From Eubacteriales bacterium (lineage in GTDB: Bacteria > Bacillota > Clostridia > Oscillospirales > CAG-272): a stretch of 64,000 nt of DNA. Positions 35,498-43,466 of this stretch are shown one piece after another. The notes beneath the pieces were generated by a model. The model saw only the letters and a list, made by a program, of their open reading frames with translations. It was not told the DNA's origin and ran no database searches. Made by a program: the position numbers and the translations under genes. The stretch spans positions 3,790 to 67,789 of the forward strand of contig JAZNXR010000002.1 of the NCBI GenBank assembly GCA_045593985.1. Direction: 5' to 3'. Position 1 is the first letter of the stretch. Each line of letters begins with the position of its first letter.

Positions 35498-35881
35498 GTG
35501 AATTTCATTATTAAAAAAGAGGATTTAGGAGCGTTTGCCGTCTGTGTTTCACAAATGATGAATGAAATTGGATTTTGCGGCTTTACTTACGAGGATGATT
35601 TTAAAAATGCCGTAAACAGCGGTACTACTGAATTTTTCGTTTCGGAAGATGATGACATCAGTGTTGCATTCGGAAATCTCAAAAAACAAATAACTAATAT
35701 TGAATCCGCAAAAAACGTTTATTTTTTCATATCGACAAAAACAGACCCCGCAAAAGCAGGCGTTTACGAGAAATTTTACCGTGAAATTGCGGAAACTGCA
35801 AATGCCGAAAATGTTTTTTTGAATATTTATGATCAAGAGGAAGATGACAAAACCAAATTGTATTTATTTGTCAATAAATAA
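35498..35881 (+). CDS. hypothetical protein, AT-rich orphan
   Basis: GTG start with SD AGGGGG 7 nt upstream. Visibly lower GC than the neighbours. No motif recognised. Confidence 0.5.
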   Translation: MNFIIKKEDLGAFAVCVSQMMNEIGFCGFTYEDDFKNAVNSGTTEFFVSEDDDISVAFGNLKKQITNIESAKNVYFFISTKTDPAKAGVYEKFYREIAETANAENVFLNIYDQEEDDKTKLYLFVNK

Positions 35882-35885
35882 GAAG

Positions 35886-35911
35886 ATCCCCGCTGATTTT
35901 TCAGCGGGGAT
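35886..35911. terminator. stem-loop terminator
   Basis: ATCCCCGCTGA-TTTT-TCAGCGGGGAT, 11-bp perfect stem, 4 nt after the stop. Confidence 0.65.
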
Positions 35912-35995
35912 AAATTGTTTTATATAGTCGGCAATTACTTGTTGTTGATAGCTGACTGTCCCGCAACACATCGTGCGGTCATTTTGTGTCGCGAA

Positions 35996-36637
35996 TCAAA
36001 TATACTTCGGCAGCGTTGTTAAAATTCCCTCGAGGTGCTTATCGTAGCTTACCTCGGTGAAGGTCCATTTGCCGTTATCGTAGGTGACAACGGTAACCGA
36101 GGCGTTTGACACCCACGGCACGTTTTTGATCTTCTCAACGCTGACGTAGTTTACTATCGCCTGGAGGGCTCGAATCGGGGTGGCGTGTGTTGCTATCGCA
36201 ACCGTTTTTCCGCAGTTTTCATCTGCTATTTTCTTGAGGCAGGAACAAATTCTTTCGCCAAGCTCCTTGACGCTTTCGCCGTTCGGACATCGGATATTTC
36301 CCGAATCTCCAAACCAATTTTCAAAAAGCTCGGGATATTTTTCCTTGATGTCGACAAATTTTCTTCCTTCCCAATCGCCTGCGAATATTTCGCGAAGCAT
36401 CTCGGTCGGTGTTATATCAAGTCCGAGGGCATCCGAAAGCGCCTTTCCCGTTGAAAAGGCTCGCATAAGATCGGAGGCGTAAACCTTATCGACCTTGTAA
36501 TTATTCTTTATATATTCCGCGGTCGCATTTGCCTGGCGGATTCCGAGATCTGTCAGCGGCGCATCGAAATGACCTGCGAATACCCCGTTAAGGTTCGCCT
36601 CACTCTGTCCGTGGCGGATCAAAAGAAATTTTGTCAT
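35996..36637 (-). CDS. histidine phosphatase family protein (phosphoglycerate mutase-like)
   Basis: LIRHGQSEAN catalytic RHG motif. Start moved to MTKF, which has SD GGAG; the track extension is repeat translation. Confidence 0.85.
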   Translation of the reverse strand: MTKFLLIRHGQSEANLNGVFAGHFDAPLTDLGIRQANATAEYIKNNYKVDKVYASDLMRAFSTGKALSDALGLDITPTEMLREIFAGDWEGRKFVDIKEKYPELFENWFGDSGNIRCPNGESVKELGERICSCLKKIADENCGKTVAIATHATPIRALQAIVNYVSVEKIKNVPWVSNASVTVVTYDNGKWTFTEVSYDKHLEGILTTLPKYI

Positions 36638-36675
36638 AGATTTCTCCGTTTTGGGATATTGAGAATTTGCGGCAA

Positions 36676-36863
36676 CGCCGTCTTGCCTTCCCCTGAGGGG
36701 AAGGTGGCCGAGCAAGGCGAAGCCGCGCCGAGGTCGGATGAGGTGGATCAAACTTTAAAAATACGATTATGGCAAATTAGTTGCTTCACCTTCGGAACAC
36801 CTCATCCGTCTGCTCCTGCGTCGCAGACACCTTCCCCTGAGGGGAAGGCAAGAAAACGTGGCG
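36676..36863. repeat. R2b inverted doublet (two roughly 68-nt arms, 52-bp spacer)
   Basis: Left arm is CGCCGTCTTGCCTTCCCCTGAGGGGAAGGTG..GGATGAGGTG. Reverse complement of the right arm is CGCCACGTTTTCTTGCCTTCCCCTCAGGGGAAGGTG..GGATGAGGTG. Confidence 0.85.
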
Positions 36864-36888
36864 AAGCTTTGAATGCAACATGATCTCC

Positions 36889-36920
36889 AAAAAGAGGTGC
36901 TCGAAAGCACCCCTTTTCTT
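36889..36920 (-). terminator. rho-independent terminator of purC
   Basis: GAGGTGC-TCGAAA-GCACCCC stem flanked by A and T runs, just after the purC stop. Confidence 0.75.
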
Positions 36921-36922
36921 TA

Positions 36923-37624
36923 TTATCTGTTAAGGATCTTCTTTGTAAGCTCTACGGGCTCAACGATCTTGTCGCCCTCGTAAACGCGCATGTTACCCGA
37001 TGCGATTTCGTCGATAAGAACGACCTCGCCGTCCTTGGTGTAGCCGAACTCGAACTTGATGTCCCAGAGGTCAAGACCGATGGTCTTAAGGTCGTCTGCA
37101 ACGATCTTGGTGATTGCAAGAGTCTGCGCCTTAAGAGAAGCGAACATTTCCTCGGTCATAACGCCGAGAGCAACGAGACCTTCGCCCGTTACAAGCGGAT
37201 CGCCCTTTTCATCGTTCTTGAAGGTGCATTCAACGTAACCGCCGTCAAGACGGGTTCCGTTCTTGATATATTCGCCGTAGCGGCGGATGAAGGAGCCGGT
37301 TGCAACGAGACGGCAGATAACCTCAAGTCCGTTACCGCCCTGCGCCTTACCGAAGTTTTCTGCGGGAAGAACCTCCATCGTTGCGTCGTCAAGGTTTGCA
37401 GAGATGTAGTGAGTCTTGATACCCGCCTTCTTGCAAAGCTCGAAGTAGTAAACGGAGGTTTCGAGGTTCGCGCGGCCGATTCCCTCGATGGTGAGTCCTA
37501 CCGAGTTTTCGCCGGGATCAAAAACGCCGTCTTTGCCGGTGCAGTCGTCCTTGAACTTAAGAAGCACGTTCCCATTTTCAAGAGCAAATACGTCCTTTGT
37601 CTTACCTGTGTAAATCTTTTTCAT
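36923..37624 (-). CDS. purC: phosphoribosylaminoimidazole-succinocarboxamide synthase
   Basis: YTGKTKDVF start and SAICAR synthetase core (short clostridial type). Confidence 0.9.
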   Translation of the reverse strand: MKKIYTGKTKDVFALENGNVLLKFKDDCTGKDGVFDPGENSVGLTIEGIGRANLETSVYYFELCKKAGIKTHYISANLDDATMEVLPAENFGKAQGGNGLEVICRLVATGSFIRRYGEYIKNGTRLDGGYVECTFKNDEKGDPLVTGEGLVALGVMTEEMFASLKAQTLAITKIVADDLKTIGLDLWDIKFEFGYTKDGEVVLIDEIASGNMRVYEGDKIVEPVELTKKILNR

Positions 37625-37753
37625 AAAACCAATCTCCCTTGATTTTTAAACTTATGTATTAATTATACTATCCTTATTTCTATTTGTAAAGTGAAAAATA
37701 TTCGTTTTTTTTGCCGAAATTACGGTAGGGTAAATGCGATATATTTCACGTTT

Positions 37754-38971
37754 TTACCACGATGCGCTGTCCGCGGCGGTGACTGCGGTGCAGAATGCAA
37801 TCTGGAGGTTGAAGCCGCCCGTGTATGCATCGACGTCGATGACCTCGCCCGCAAAGAAGAGACCGCTTATTTTTTTGCTTTCGAGCGTTTTCGGGTTAAG
37901 CTCCTTGACCGATACGCCGCCCTTCGTGATTATCGCTTCGTTTATCGGACGGAAGCCGCTTAAACGGACAGGGAAGCGCTTCAGGAGCGTTACGAGCGAC
38001 TTTCGTTCCTCTTTTGTTATCGAATTTACCTTTCGGTCAGGGGAAATGCCCGACATTCTGACGAATACCGGAATCATTCGGGAAGGTAAAAGTGCAGAGA
38101 GCGAATTTATAAAGTCGCGGTTGAGATTTTTGCCGAAGTCGGATAGGAGCCGCTGATCAAGCTCCCTTTCGTCGAGAGCCGGCTTCATATCTATATATAG
38201 AGTATATTTCTTTTCTCCGAGGTCGGGGATCATTGACGAGAGCGAGAGTATCATAGGCCCGGTCACACCGAAATGCGTGAACATCATCTCGCCGAAGTCC
38301 TCGTAAACCGTTTTGCCCTCCTCGTTCTCCGCCTTGATAGCGACGTTTTTGAGTGATAGACCTTGCATATCGGGGCAAATACGGTCGGGCGACTCAATCG
38401 GAACGAGTGACGGACGGCAGGGGACTGTTTCAAGTCCGAGCGACCTTGCAAAGCGTATTCCGTCACCGTCAGAGCCGGTCTTTTGGTATGACACGCCGCC
38501 GGTACAGACGATAACGGCATCGTAGGAAACCGTTTTGCCGTTTACCTTAACGCCGATGACTGTATCGTTTTCAACCTCAATTCCGCTTACACGCGCGTGA
38601 ACTACGTTCTTTTTTACGAGGCCAGCGAGAGCATCAACGATATCAAAAGCTCGGTCGGAAATCGGGAAAACTCGGTTTCCGCGCTCGGTTTTGAGCGGCA
38701 CGCCGAGATTCTCGAAGAATTCCATCGTATCCTGCGCAGAAAAATTGCTGTATGACGAGTAGAGGAAGCGAGGATTTGTCGGTACGTTACCGAAAAATTC
38801 GTCTCGGGTGCAGTTGTTCGTCACGTTGCATCTGCCCTTGCCCGTTATTGCGAGCTTTCTGCCGAGGCGGTCGTTTCTTTCGTAGAGCGTGACGTCGCAT
38901 CCGTTTGCAATGGCACGTGCCGCCGCCATCATGCCTGCGGCGCCGCCGCCGATTACTGCGATCTTCTTCAT
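37754..38971 (-). CDS. NAD(P)/FAD-dependent oxidoreductase, HI0933/BaiN family
   Basis: VIGGGAAGMMAA dinucleotide motif, GKGRCNVTN, C-terminal GGFNLQ. Confidence 0.85.
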   Translation of the reverse strand: MKKIAVIGGGAAGMMAAARAIANGCDVTLYERNDRLGRKLAITGKGRCNVTNNCTRDEFFGNVPTNPRFLYSSYSNFSAQDTMEFFENLGVPLKTERGNRVFPISDRAFDIVDALAGLVKKNVVHARVSGIEVENDTVIGVKVNGKTVSYDAVIVCTGGVSYQKTGSDGDGIRFARSLGLETVPCRPSLVPIESPDRICPDMQGLSLKNVAIKAENEEGKTVYEDFGEMMFTHFGVTGPMILSLSSMIPDLGEKKYTLYIDMKPALDERELDQRLLSDFGKNLNRDFINSLSALLPSRMIPVFVRMSGISPDRKVNSITKEERKSLVTLLKRFPVRLSGFRPINEAIITKGGVSVKELNPKTLESKKISGLFFAGEVIDVDAYTGGFNLQIAFCTAVTAADSASW

Positions 38972-39837
38972 TATATGTGGCTGTCCTTGTCGTAAACGTC
39001 ATACTCGTCCCAGATCGTTTCAAGGCGAGAGAAGACGTTTTGAAGCTCGACCTTCTTCTTTCTTGCTATATCGACTATCAGCGCATTTATGATGCTGAGG
39101 GGAGCAACGAGAGAGTCAACGAAGGACGCCATGTCGCTTTTCGCATAAAGCGTGCTGTCGGCGTGAGTTGCGATCGGAGAAAGAGCAGAGTCGGTGAGCG
39201 CAACGATGTGCGCGCCCTGCAAATGTGCAAATTCCACTGCATTTATGATTCGCTTTGAATAGCGAGGGAAGCTTATTGCGATAACTACATCGCCCGTAGA
39301 AACTCGAAGAAGCTGCTCAAAAATTTCGCTTCCGCTCGTTGTTTGCACGAGGGTTACGTTATCAAACATGAATCGGAAGTTGAAGGCAAGGAAGCTTGCA
39401 AGGGAGGAGCTTGAGCGCATACCGATTATATAGATGCGCTTTGCATTAACGATTGCCTCCGATGCCGCCGCAAAGTCGGATCGGCTGACGGTTTCGAGGG
39501 TGCTTCTTATCTTCGCCATGTCGGAGTTGAGCACGCTTTCAAGAACGTCGCCCTCACCGATACGGTCGTTCGTTACCTCCATTCGCTGGACGGAGGTGAG
39601 TCGGATGCGGATAAGCTCCTGGAGAGCGAGCTGAAGCTCGGGGTAGCCGTCGTAACCGAGTGCGGTTGCGAAACGGACAACGGTCGATTCGCTGACGTTC
39701 GTTACCTCGCCAAGACGTGACGCCGTCATAAACGCCGCTTTGTCGTAGTTATTGAGAATGAAATTTCCTATTGCCTTTTGTCCCTTCGAAAAGGAGGGAA
39801 GGGAGGTTTTTATTTTTTCAAGAAGATTGTTTTTCAT
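38971..39837 (-). CDS. MurR/RpiR family transcriptional regulator
   Basis: N-terminal HTH (ASRLGEVTNVSESTVVRFA) plus a SIS domain. Confidence 0.85.
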   Translation of the reverse strand: MKNNLLEKIKTSLPSFSKGQKAIGNFILNNYDKAAFMTASRLGEVTNVSESTVVRFATALGYDGYPELQLALQELIRIRLTSVQRMEVTNDRIGEGDVLESVLNSDMAKIRSTLETVSRSDFAAASEAIVNAKRIYIIGMRSSSSLASFLAFNFRFMFDNVTLVQTTSGSEIFEQLLRVSTGDVVIAISFPRYSKRIINAVEFAHLQGAHIVALTDSALSPIATHADSTLYAKSDMASFVDSLVAPLSIINALIVDIARKKKVELQNVFSRLETIWDEYDVYDKDSHI

Positions 39838-39968
39838 GACGTCTATACTTCCTTTATGCAGGATTCATATTATTATTTATTCGTTTTTTGCTCAAAAAGC
39901 GGCCGAAAAATGCAAGAAAAGGCACGTCGGATTTTTTGCAAGTCCGACGCACATTTCTTTCATATTTG

Positions 39969-39997
39969 ATTATATACTTGAAGCGGGAATTTGTCAA
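39969..39997 (-). promoter_or_regulatory. sigma-A promoter of the rpiR-family operon
   Basis: Minus strand reads TTGACA, 17-nt spacer, TATAAT. Confidence 0.65.
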
Positions 39998-40034
39998 GAA
40001 GAATTTGATGAGCCGATAGATTCGGCAGTCAAAA

Positions 40035-40910
40035 TTATACCGTTATGGTATGAGTGTTCGTATAAACGCCCATTGGCTGAAGGGTGATAATGCCTTCCTT
40101 CTTCCTTATATCGTGATGGTCGGCATGAGCGTGGTCGGTCAGCGACGTCCAAGGCTCAATGCAGAGGAATTCCGCACCGGGCTCGTGCCAGAATGCGAGA
40201 TAGTCGCAGTCGGGATATTCGACCTTGACTGATCTATCGGTTATGCGGTTGCGGAGAACGACTTCTTTCGACTTCAGCTTTCTGAAAATAAGCGTGTCGA
40301 GCTCAAAATACTTTTCGTATATCGAGAAGCAGTCGACGTTCTTTGCAAACGTCTTTGTTTCGTCGATAACGAGAGGGCCTTCAAGAAGTATCGCATCGAG
40401 ATCCTCCTTGTTCGGGAAAATGATGTCATATTCCTCAACGCCGCCGGGAGTTGCATACGCTTCGTGCGCACCGACGGAGAAGTACATTGTGTCATTCGTC
40501 AGATTATTTACTCTGTACTCGACCTTGAGCGAGCTTCCGAGAAGCGTAAAAACTGCACGGAACTCAAACTGATAAGGATACACGGCGAGCGTATTATCGT
40601 TGTGAGTATAGAGCAGAGTGACGGAGGAATCGGTCTTTTCTTCAACGGTAAATTCGCTGCCTATGAGGAAGCCGTGCTTGCGCATATTGTAGGTCTTTCC
40701 GTTCAGAACATAGTAGTTATCCTTCGTTGAGCCGATGCAGGGGAAAAGCACGGGCGCAGTTTTTCCCCAGAATTTAGGATCGCCGCACCAGATGTATTCG
40801 GTGTCGCCCTTTTTCAGGCTCTTTATCTCGGCACCGAGCTCGTTAATATTGCAGGATAGAAGTTCGTTTTTGATCGTTATCATGGTGTACCTCGTATTAA
40901 ATGATTGCAC
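40035..40910 (-). CDS. aldose 1-epimerase family protein (LacX-like mutarotase)
   Basis: Length and PVLFPCIG..HGF and FSVGAHEA segments typical of the family. Confidence 0.8.
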   Translation of the reverse strand: MQSFNTRYTMITIKNELLSCNINELGAEIKSLKKGDTEYIWCGDPKFWGKTAPVLFPCIGSTKDNYYVLNGKTYNMRKHGFLIGSEFTVEEKTDSSVTLLYTHNDNTLAVYPYQFEFRAVFTLLGSSLKVEYRVNNLTNDTMYFSVGAHEAYATPGGVEEYDIIFPNKEDLDAILLEGPLVIDETKTFAKNVDCFSIYEKYFELDTLIFRKLKSKEVVLRNRITDRSVKVEYPDCDYLAFWHEPGAEFLCIEPWTSLTDHAHADHHDIRKKEGIITLQPMGVYTNTHTITV

Positions 40911-40951
40911 TGGAAAATTTTAGATATTTAAGGTATTTTTGTGACTTAGTT

Positions 40952-41089
40952 GTAGGGGGCGACGTCCTCGACGCCCCGTTGCAACGTTTGAAATCTTAAG
41001 ACCGTTTCTCACTGTTGCATAAATGTTTATAATTATACAAAAAAGATACATTGCTTTTAATGCGGGGCGTCGAGGACGTCGCCCCCTAC
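40952..41089. repeat. R1 inverted doublet (REPIN-like), 27-nt perfect arms, 86-bp spacer
   Basis: GTAGGGGGCGACGTCCTCGACGCCCCG at 40952, and its exact reverse complement ending at 41089. Confidence 0.9.
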
Positions 41090-41152
41090 GATGACATTGT
41101 GAAATTTCGATAAATGAGTGAACGGTTTGAAGCGTTTATGAAACAAATGTTG

Positions 41153-42253
41153 TTACAAGAGAGCCGTATATACTTCCTCTCCGCCGTTTACGTAGACCTC
41201 GGTCAGGTATCCGTCACGGAGAATTTTAATATCGTTTATTTCTCCCTCGTAAATGACGGGATTGCGACCTTGACGCTCAATGGTAAAACCGCCATCGACC
41301 ATTTTCACCGAGGAGTCGGTGTCGGTCAGAAGATGCCTTATCTCCTCTACGGGATAGGCACTTATCCTGCCGTTTTCGAGCTTGACCTCTCTCGGCACCG
41401 ACATACAGCCAACGTCCTTTTCTGCATAGCCACCGTATGCCCAGCCGGGCGCCCATGAGATGAGGATATTTCTGCCCTTGTGGTCGCGGAATATCTGTCC
41501 GGCATATTGGTCGGGGCCTTTATCTACCTCAGAGGAATATTTGACCTCGAATTTTCCGTCATCGAATCTGCCGTACATTATTTTGAAATAGTGACGGCTT
41601 TCAAGCGGACAGACCGATGCCGAAAGGAGATATAAGCCGTTTTCGGCTTCGGTAAGCGACGGACATTCGCAGTATCGGCAGTTTTCCCACTCTGCCATAA
41701 TTCCGAGATAATCCCAATTATAAAGGTCGTCGCTCCTATACAGAAGCAGGCGTCCCGTTTTCGTTTCGGGGTTTCCCGACGCCATTACGCAGTAATATTT
41801 TCCGTTGATATAAGCGACCGCAGGATCCCGAAAGGCGGGGCCGCCGTCGGACGGATAGTGCTTTATTACGGGATTGTTTTCGTATTTGACGAAATTGACT
41901 CCGTCGGTTGAATATGCGACGCACATCGTCGATTCGGTTTCGCCCTCGCCCCTTTTAATTGCTGCGTAGAAAAGATAAAGAACGCCGTCCTTGACGATAG
42001 CCGTTCCCGACCAACAGCCGTCCTTATCGTAATCCTTATCGGGATAAAGCGCAACGGGAAGCTCCTCGTAGGTTATAAAATCCTTCGTTCGCGCGTGTCC
42101 CCAGTGCATGGGCTGCTGCCAGGGCTTTTCAAAGTCGGGTGCGTGCTGGTAGAAAATGTGGTAATAACCGTTAAAATATACAAGCCCGTTCGGATCGTTT
42201 ACCCAGCCTTTTTTAGGGCGGTAGTGATGCTTTAATTTTTCGGAATAGTTCAT
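41153..42253 (-). CDS. glycoside hydrolase family 32 (beta-fructofuranosidase / sucrose-6-phosphate hydrolase-like), short form
   Basis: WVNDPNG, FRDP and CECP catalytic motifs. Start moved to MNYSEK, which has SD AAGGAG. Confidence 0.85.
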   Translation of the reverse strand: MNYSEKLKHHYRPKKGWVNDPNGLVYFNGYYHIFYQHAPDFEKPWQQPMHWGHARTKDFITYEELPVALYPDKDYDKDGCWSGTAIVKDGVLYLFYAAIKRGEGETESTMCVAYSTDGVNFVKYENNPVIKHYPSDGGPAFRDPAVAYINGKYYCVMASGNPETKTGRLLLYRSDDLYNWDYLGIMAEWENCRYCECPSLTEAENGLYLLSASVCPLESRHYFKIMYGRFDDGKFEVKYSSEVDKGPDQYAGQIFRDHKGRNILISWAPGWAYGGYAEKDVGCMSVPREVKLENGRISAYPVEEIRHLLTDTDSSVKMVDGGFTIERQGRNPVIYEGEINDIKILRDGYLTEVYVNGGEEVYTALL

Positions 42254-42281
42254 ACTTTGCTCCTTTTCGGGGGGTAAGAAT

Positions 42282-42310
42282 ATTTTAGCATATTGGGATA
42301 TTGTAGTCAA
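42282..42310 (-). promoter_or_regulatory. sigma-A promoter of the GH32 gene
   Basis: Minus strand reads TTGACT, 17-nt spacer, TGC-TAAAAT. Confidence 0.55.
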
Positions 42311-42314
42311 TATT

Positions 42315-42410
42315 CACTTTTCTTGCTTGTTCGCATTTTACCACTTTTCTTTGCTCGCACAAATGAACGAGTAGTTTTGCTTCGCAAACCTACCCAAAAG
42401 AAAGTGCGCC
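42315..42410. repeat. short degenerate repeats (CACTTTTCTTGCT..CGCA units and an inverted copy)
   Basis: CACTTTTCTTGCTTGTTCGCA, CACTTTTCTTTGCTCGCACA, TTTTGCTTCGCAAA, and inverted CAAAAGAAAGTGCGCC. Confidence 0.5.
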
Positions 42411-42497
42411 AAGGGGCAAACCGTTTGAATTTTGCCATGCAAAATTCTGCACACGTGAAACCCCTTTCGTTTTAAGTAAGCTTTGTGACGTTTAATT

Positions 42498-42523
42498 GTA
42501 GGGACAGGCGTCCTCGACTGTCC
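42498..42523 (+). repeat. R1 GTAG-headed hairpin, solo copy
   Basis: Identical to 14813-14838. Followed by GGTGCTCCCACGC, as the copy at 1284 is followed by GCTGCTCCCACGC. Confidence 0.85.
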
Positions 42524-42577
42524 GGTGCTCCCACGCTCTGTACATTCTCTATTAAAAAAGATAGATCGAACGTCGTC

Positions 42578-42622
42578 TTGCCTCGCCCTTCGGGAGAGGT
42601 GCCCCGAAGGGGCGGAGAGGGT
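42578..42622 (+). repeat. R2 half element (first two hairpins only)
   Basis: TTGCCTCGCCC-TTCG-GGAGAGGTG CCCC-GAA-GGGG CGGAGAGGGT. Confidence 0.8.
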
Positions 42623-42624
42623 GT

Positions 42625-42658
42625 AAAAAAGGACGCCTTTCGGCGTCCTTTTCTTTTG
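42625..42658 (-). terminator. rho-independent terminator of the SDR/pdxK operon
   Basis: AAGGACGCC-TTTC-GGCGTCCTT with flanking A and T runs. Confidence 0.85.
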
Positions 42659-42663
42659 TTTTA

Positions 42664-43464
42664 TTAAGGGCGAAGTCCCATTCCGCCTTCGAGGGTGAGC
42701 GTTTCACCGTTCATATACTTGAAGTCGGGGTTTGCGAGCTGAACGCAGACACGTCCGATCTCGGTTTCGGGATCGCCGAAGTGTCCTGCGGGGGGCATCT
42801 TTACGTTTGCCTTGAACGCCTCGGGATATGCTTTTTCGAAGCCTTCAAGCTGTGCGGTCCAAGCGAGGGGGCAGATGACGTTTGTATTGATGCCGTCCTT
42901 TGCCCATTCGGTTGCCGCAACACGGGAAAGGCCTCTGATGCCTTCCTTTGCAGCTGCATAAGCGCACTGGCCGTAGTTACCGAAAAGTCCTGCGCCCGAT
43001 GCAAAGTTGATTATGCTTCCCTTGGTTTCCTTAAGATAGGGGTAGCACGCCTGCATATAGTAGAATGCGGCGTAAAGGCCTGAATAAATTGCAAGGTCGA
43101 ACTGCTCGGTCGTGTGATCCTGGATAGTAACGCCCGATGCCGACGCCTGCGCATTGTTGATAAGCACGTCGATTCTGCCGAATTCCTTGATAGCCGCATC
43201 GACGACTGCCTGTGCGGTCGCCTTGTTGTCGTTTCCTGCAGAAATATCGCCCGAAAGAGCGAGAACCTTTATTCCGTAGAGCTTTTCAAGCTCTTCCTTT
43301 GCCTTTTCAAGCTTCGGGATATTTCTTCCTGTGATAACGAGATTTGCCCCTTCTTTTGCGTATGCGGTTGCGATGCCGTAGCCGATAGAGCCGCATCTTC
43401 CGTCAGAAAGAACAGAGTAGCCGCCGCCTGTGATTATTGCGGTTTTGCCTGTCAGAAAGCCCAT
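42664..43464 (-). CDS. SDR family oxidoreductase
   Basis: TGKTAIITGGG cofactor motif, NNAQ, and a YAAAK-type catalytic Y..K. Confidence 0.85.
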   Translation of the reverse strand: MGFLTGKTAIITGGGYSVLSDGRCGSIGYGIATAYAKEGANLVITGRNIPKLEKAKEELEKLYGIKVLALSGDISAGNDNKATAQAVVDAAIKEFGRIDVLINNAQASASGVTIQDHTTEQFDLAIYSGLYAAFYYMQACYPYLKETKGSIINFASGAGLFGNYGQCAYAAAKEGIRGLSRVAATEWAKDGINTNVICPLAWTAQLEGFEKAYPEAFKANVKMPPAGHFGDPETEIGRVCVQLANPDFKYMNGETLTLEGGMGLRP

Positions 43465-43466
43465 TT

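Noticed and set aside
37625-37753. Purine riboswitch upstream of purC
   Set aside because: The spacer holds a promoter-like TTTACA-17-TATAAT on the minus strand and a short AT-rich leader. There is no three-way-junction sequence resembling the guanine/adenine aptamer.
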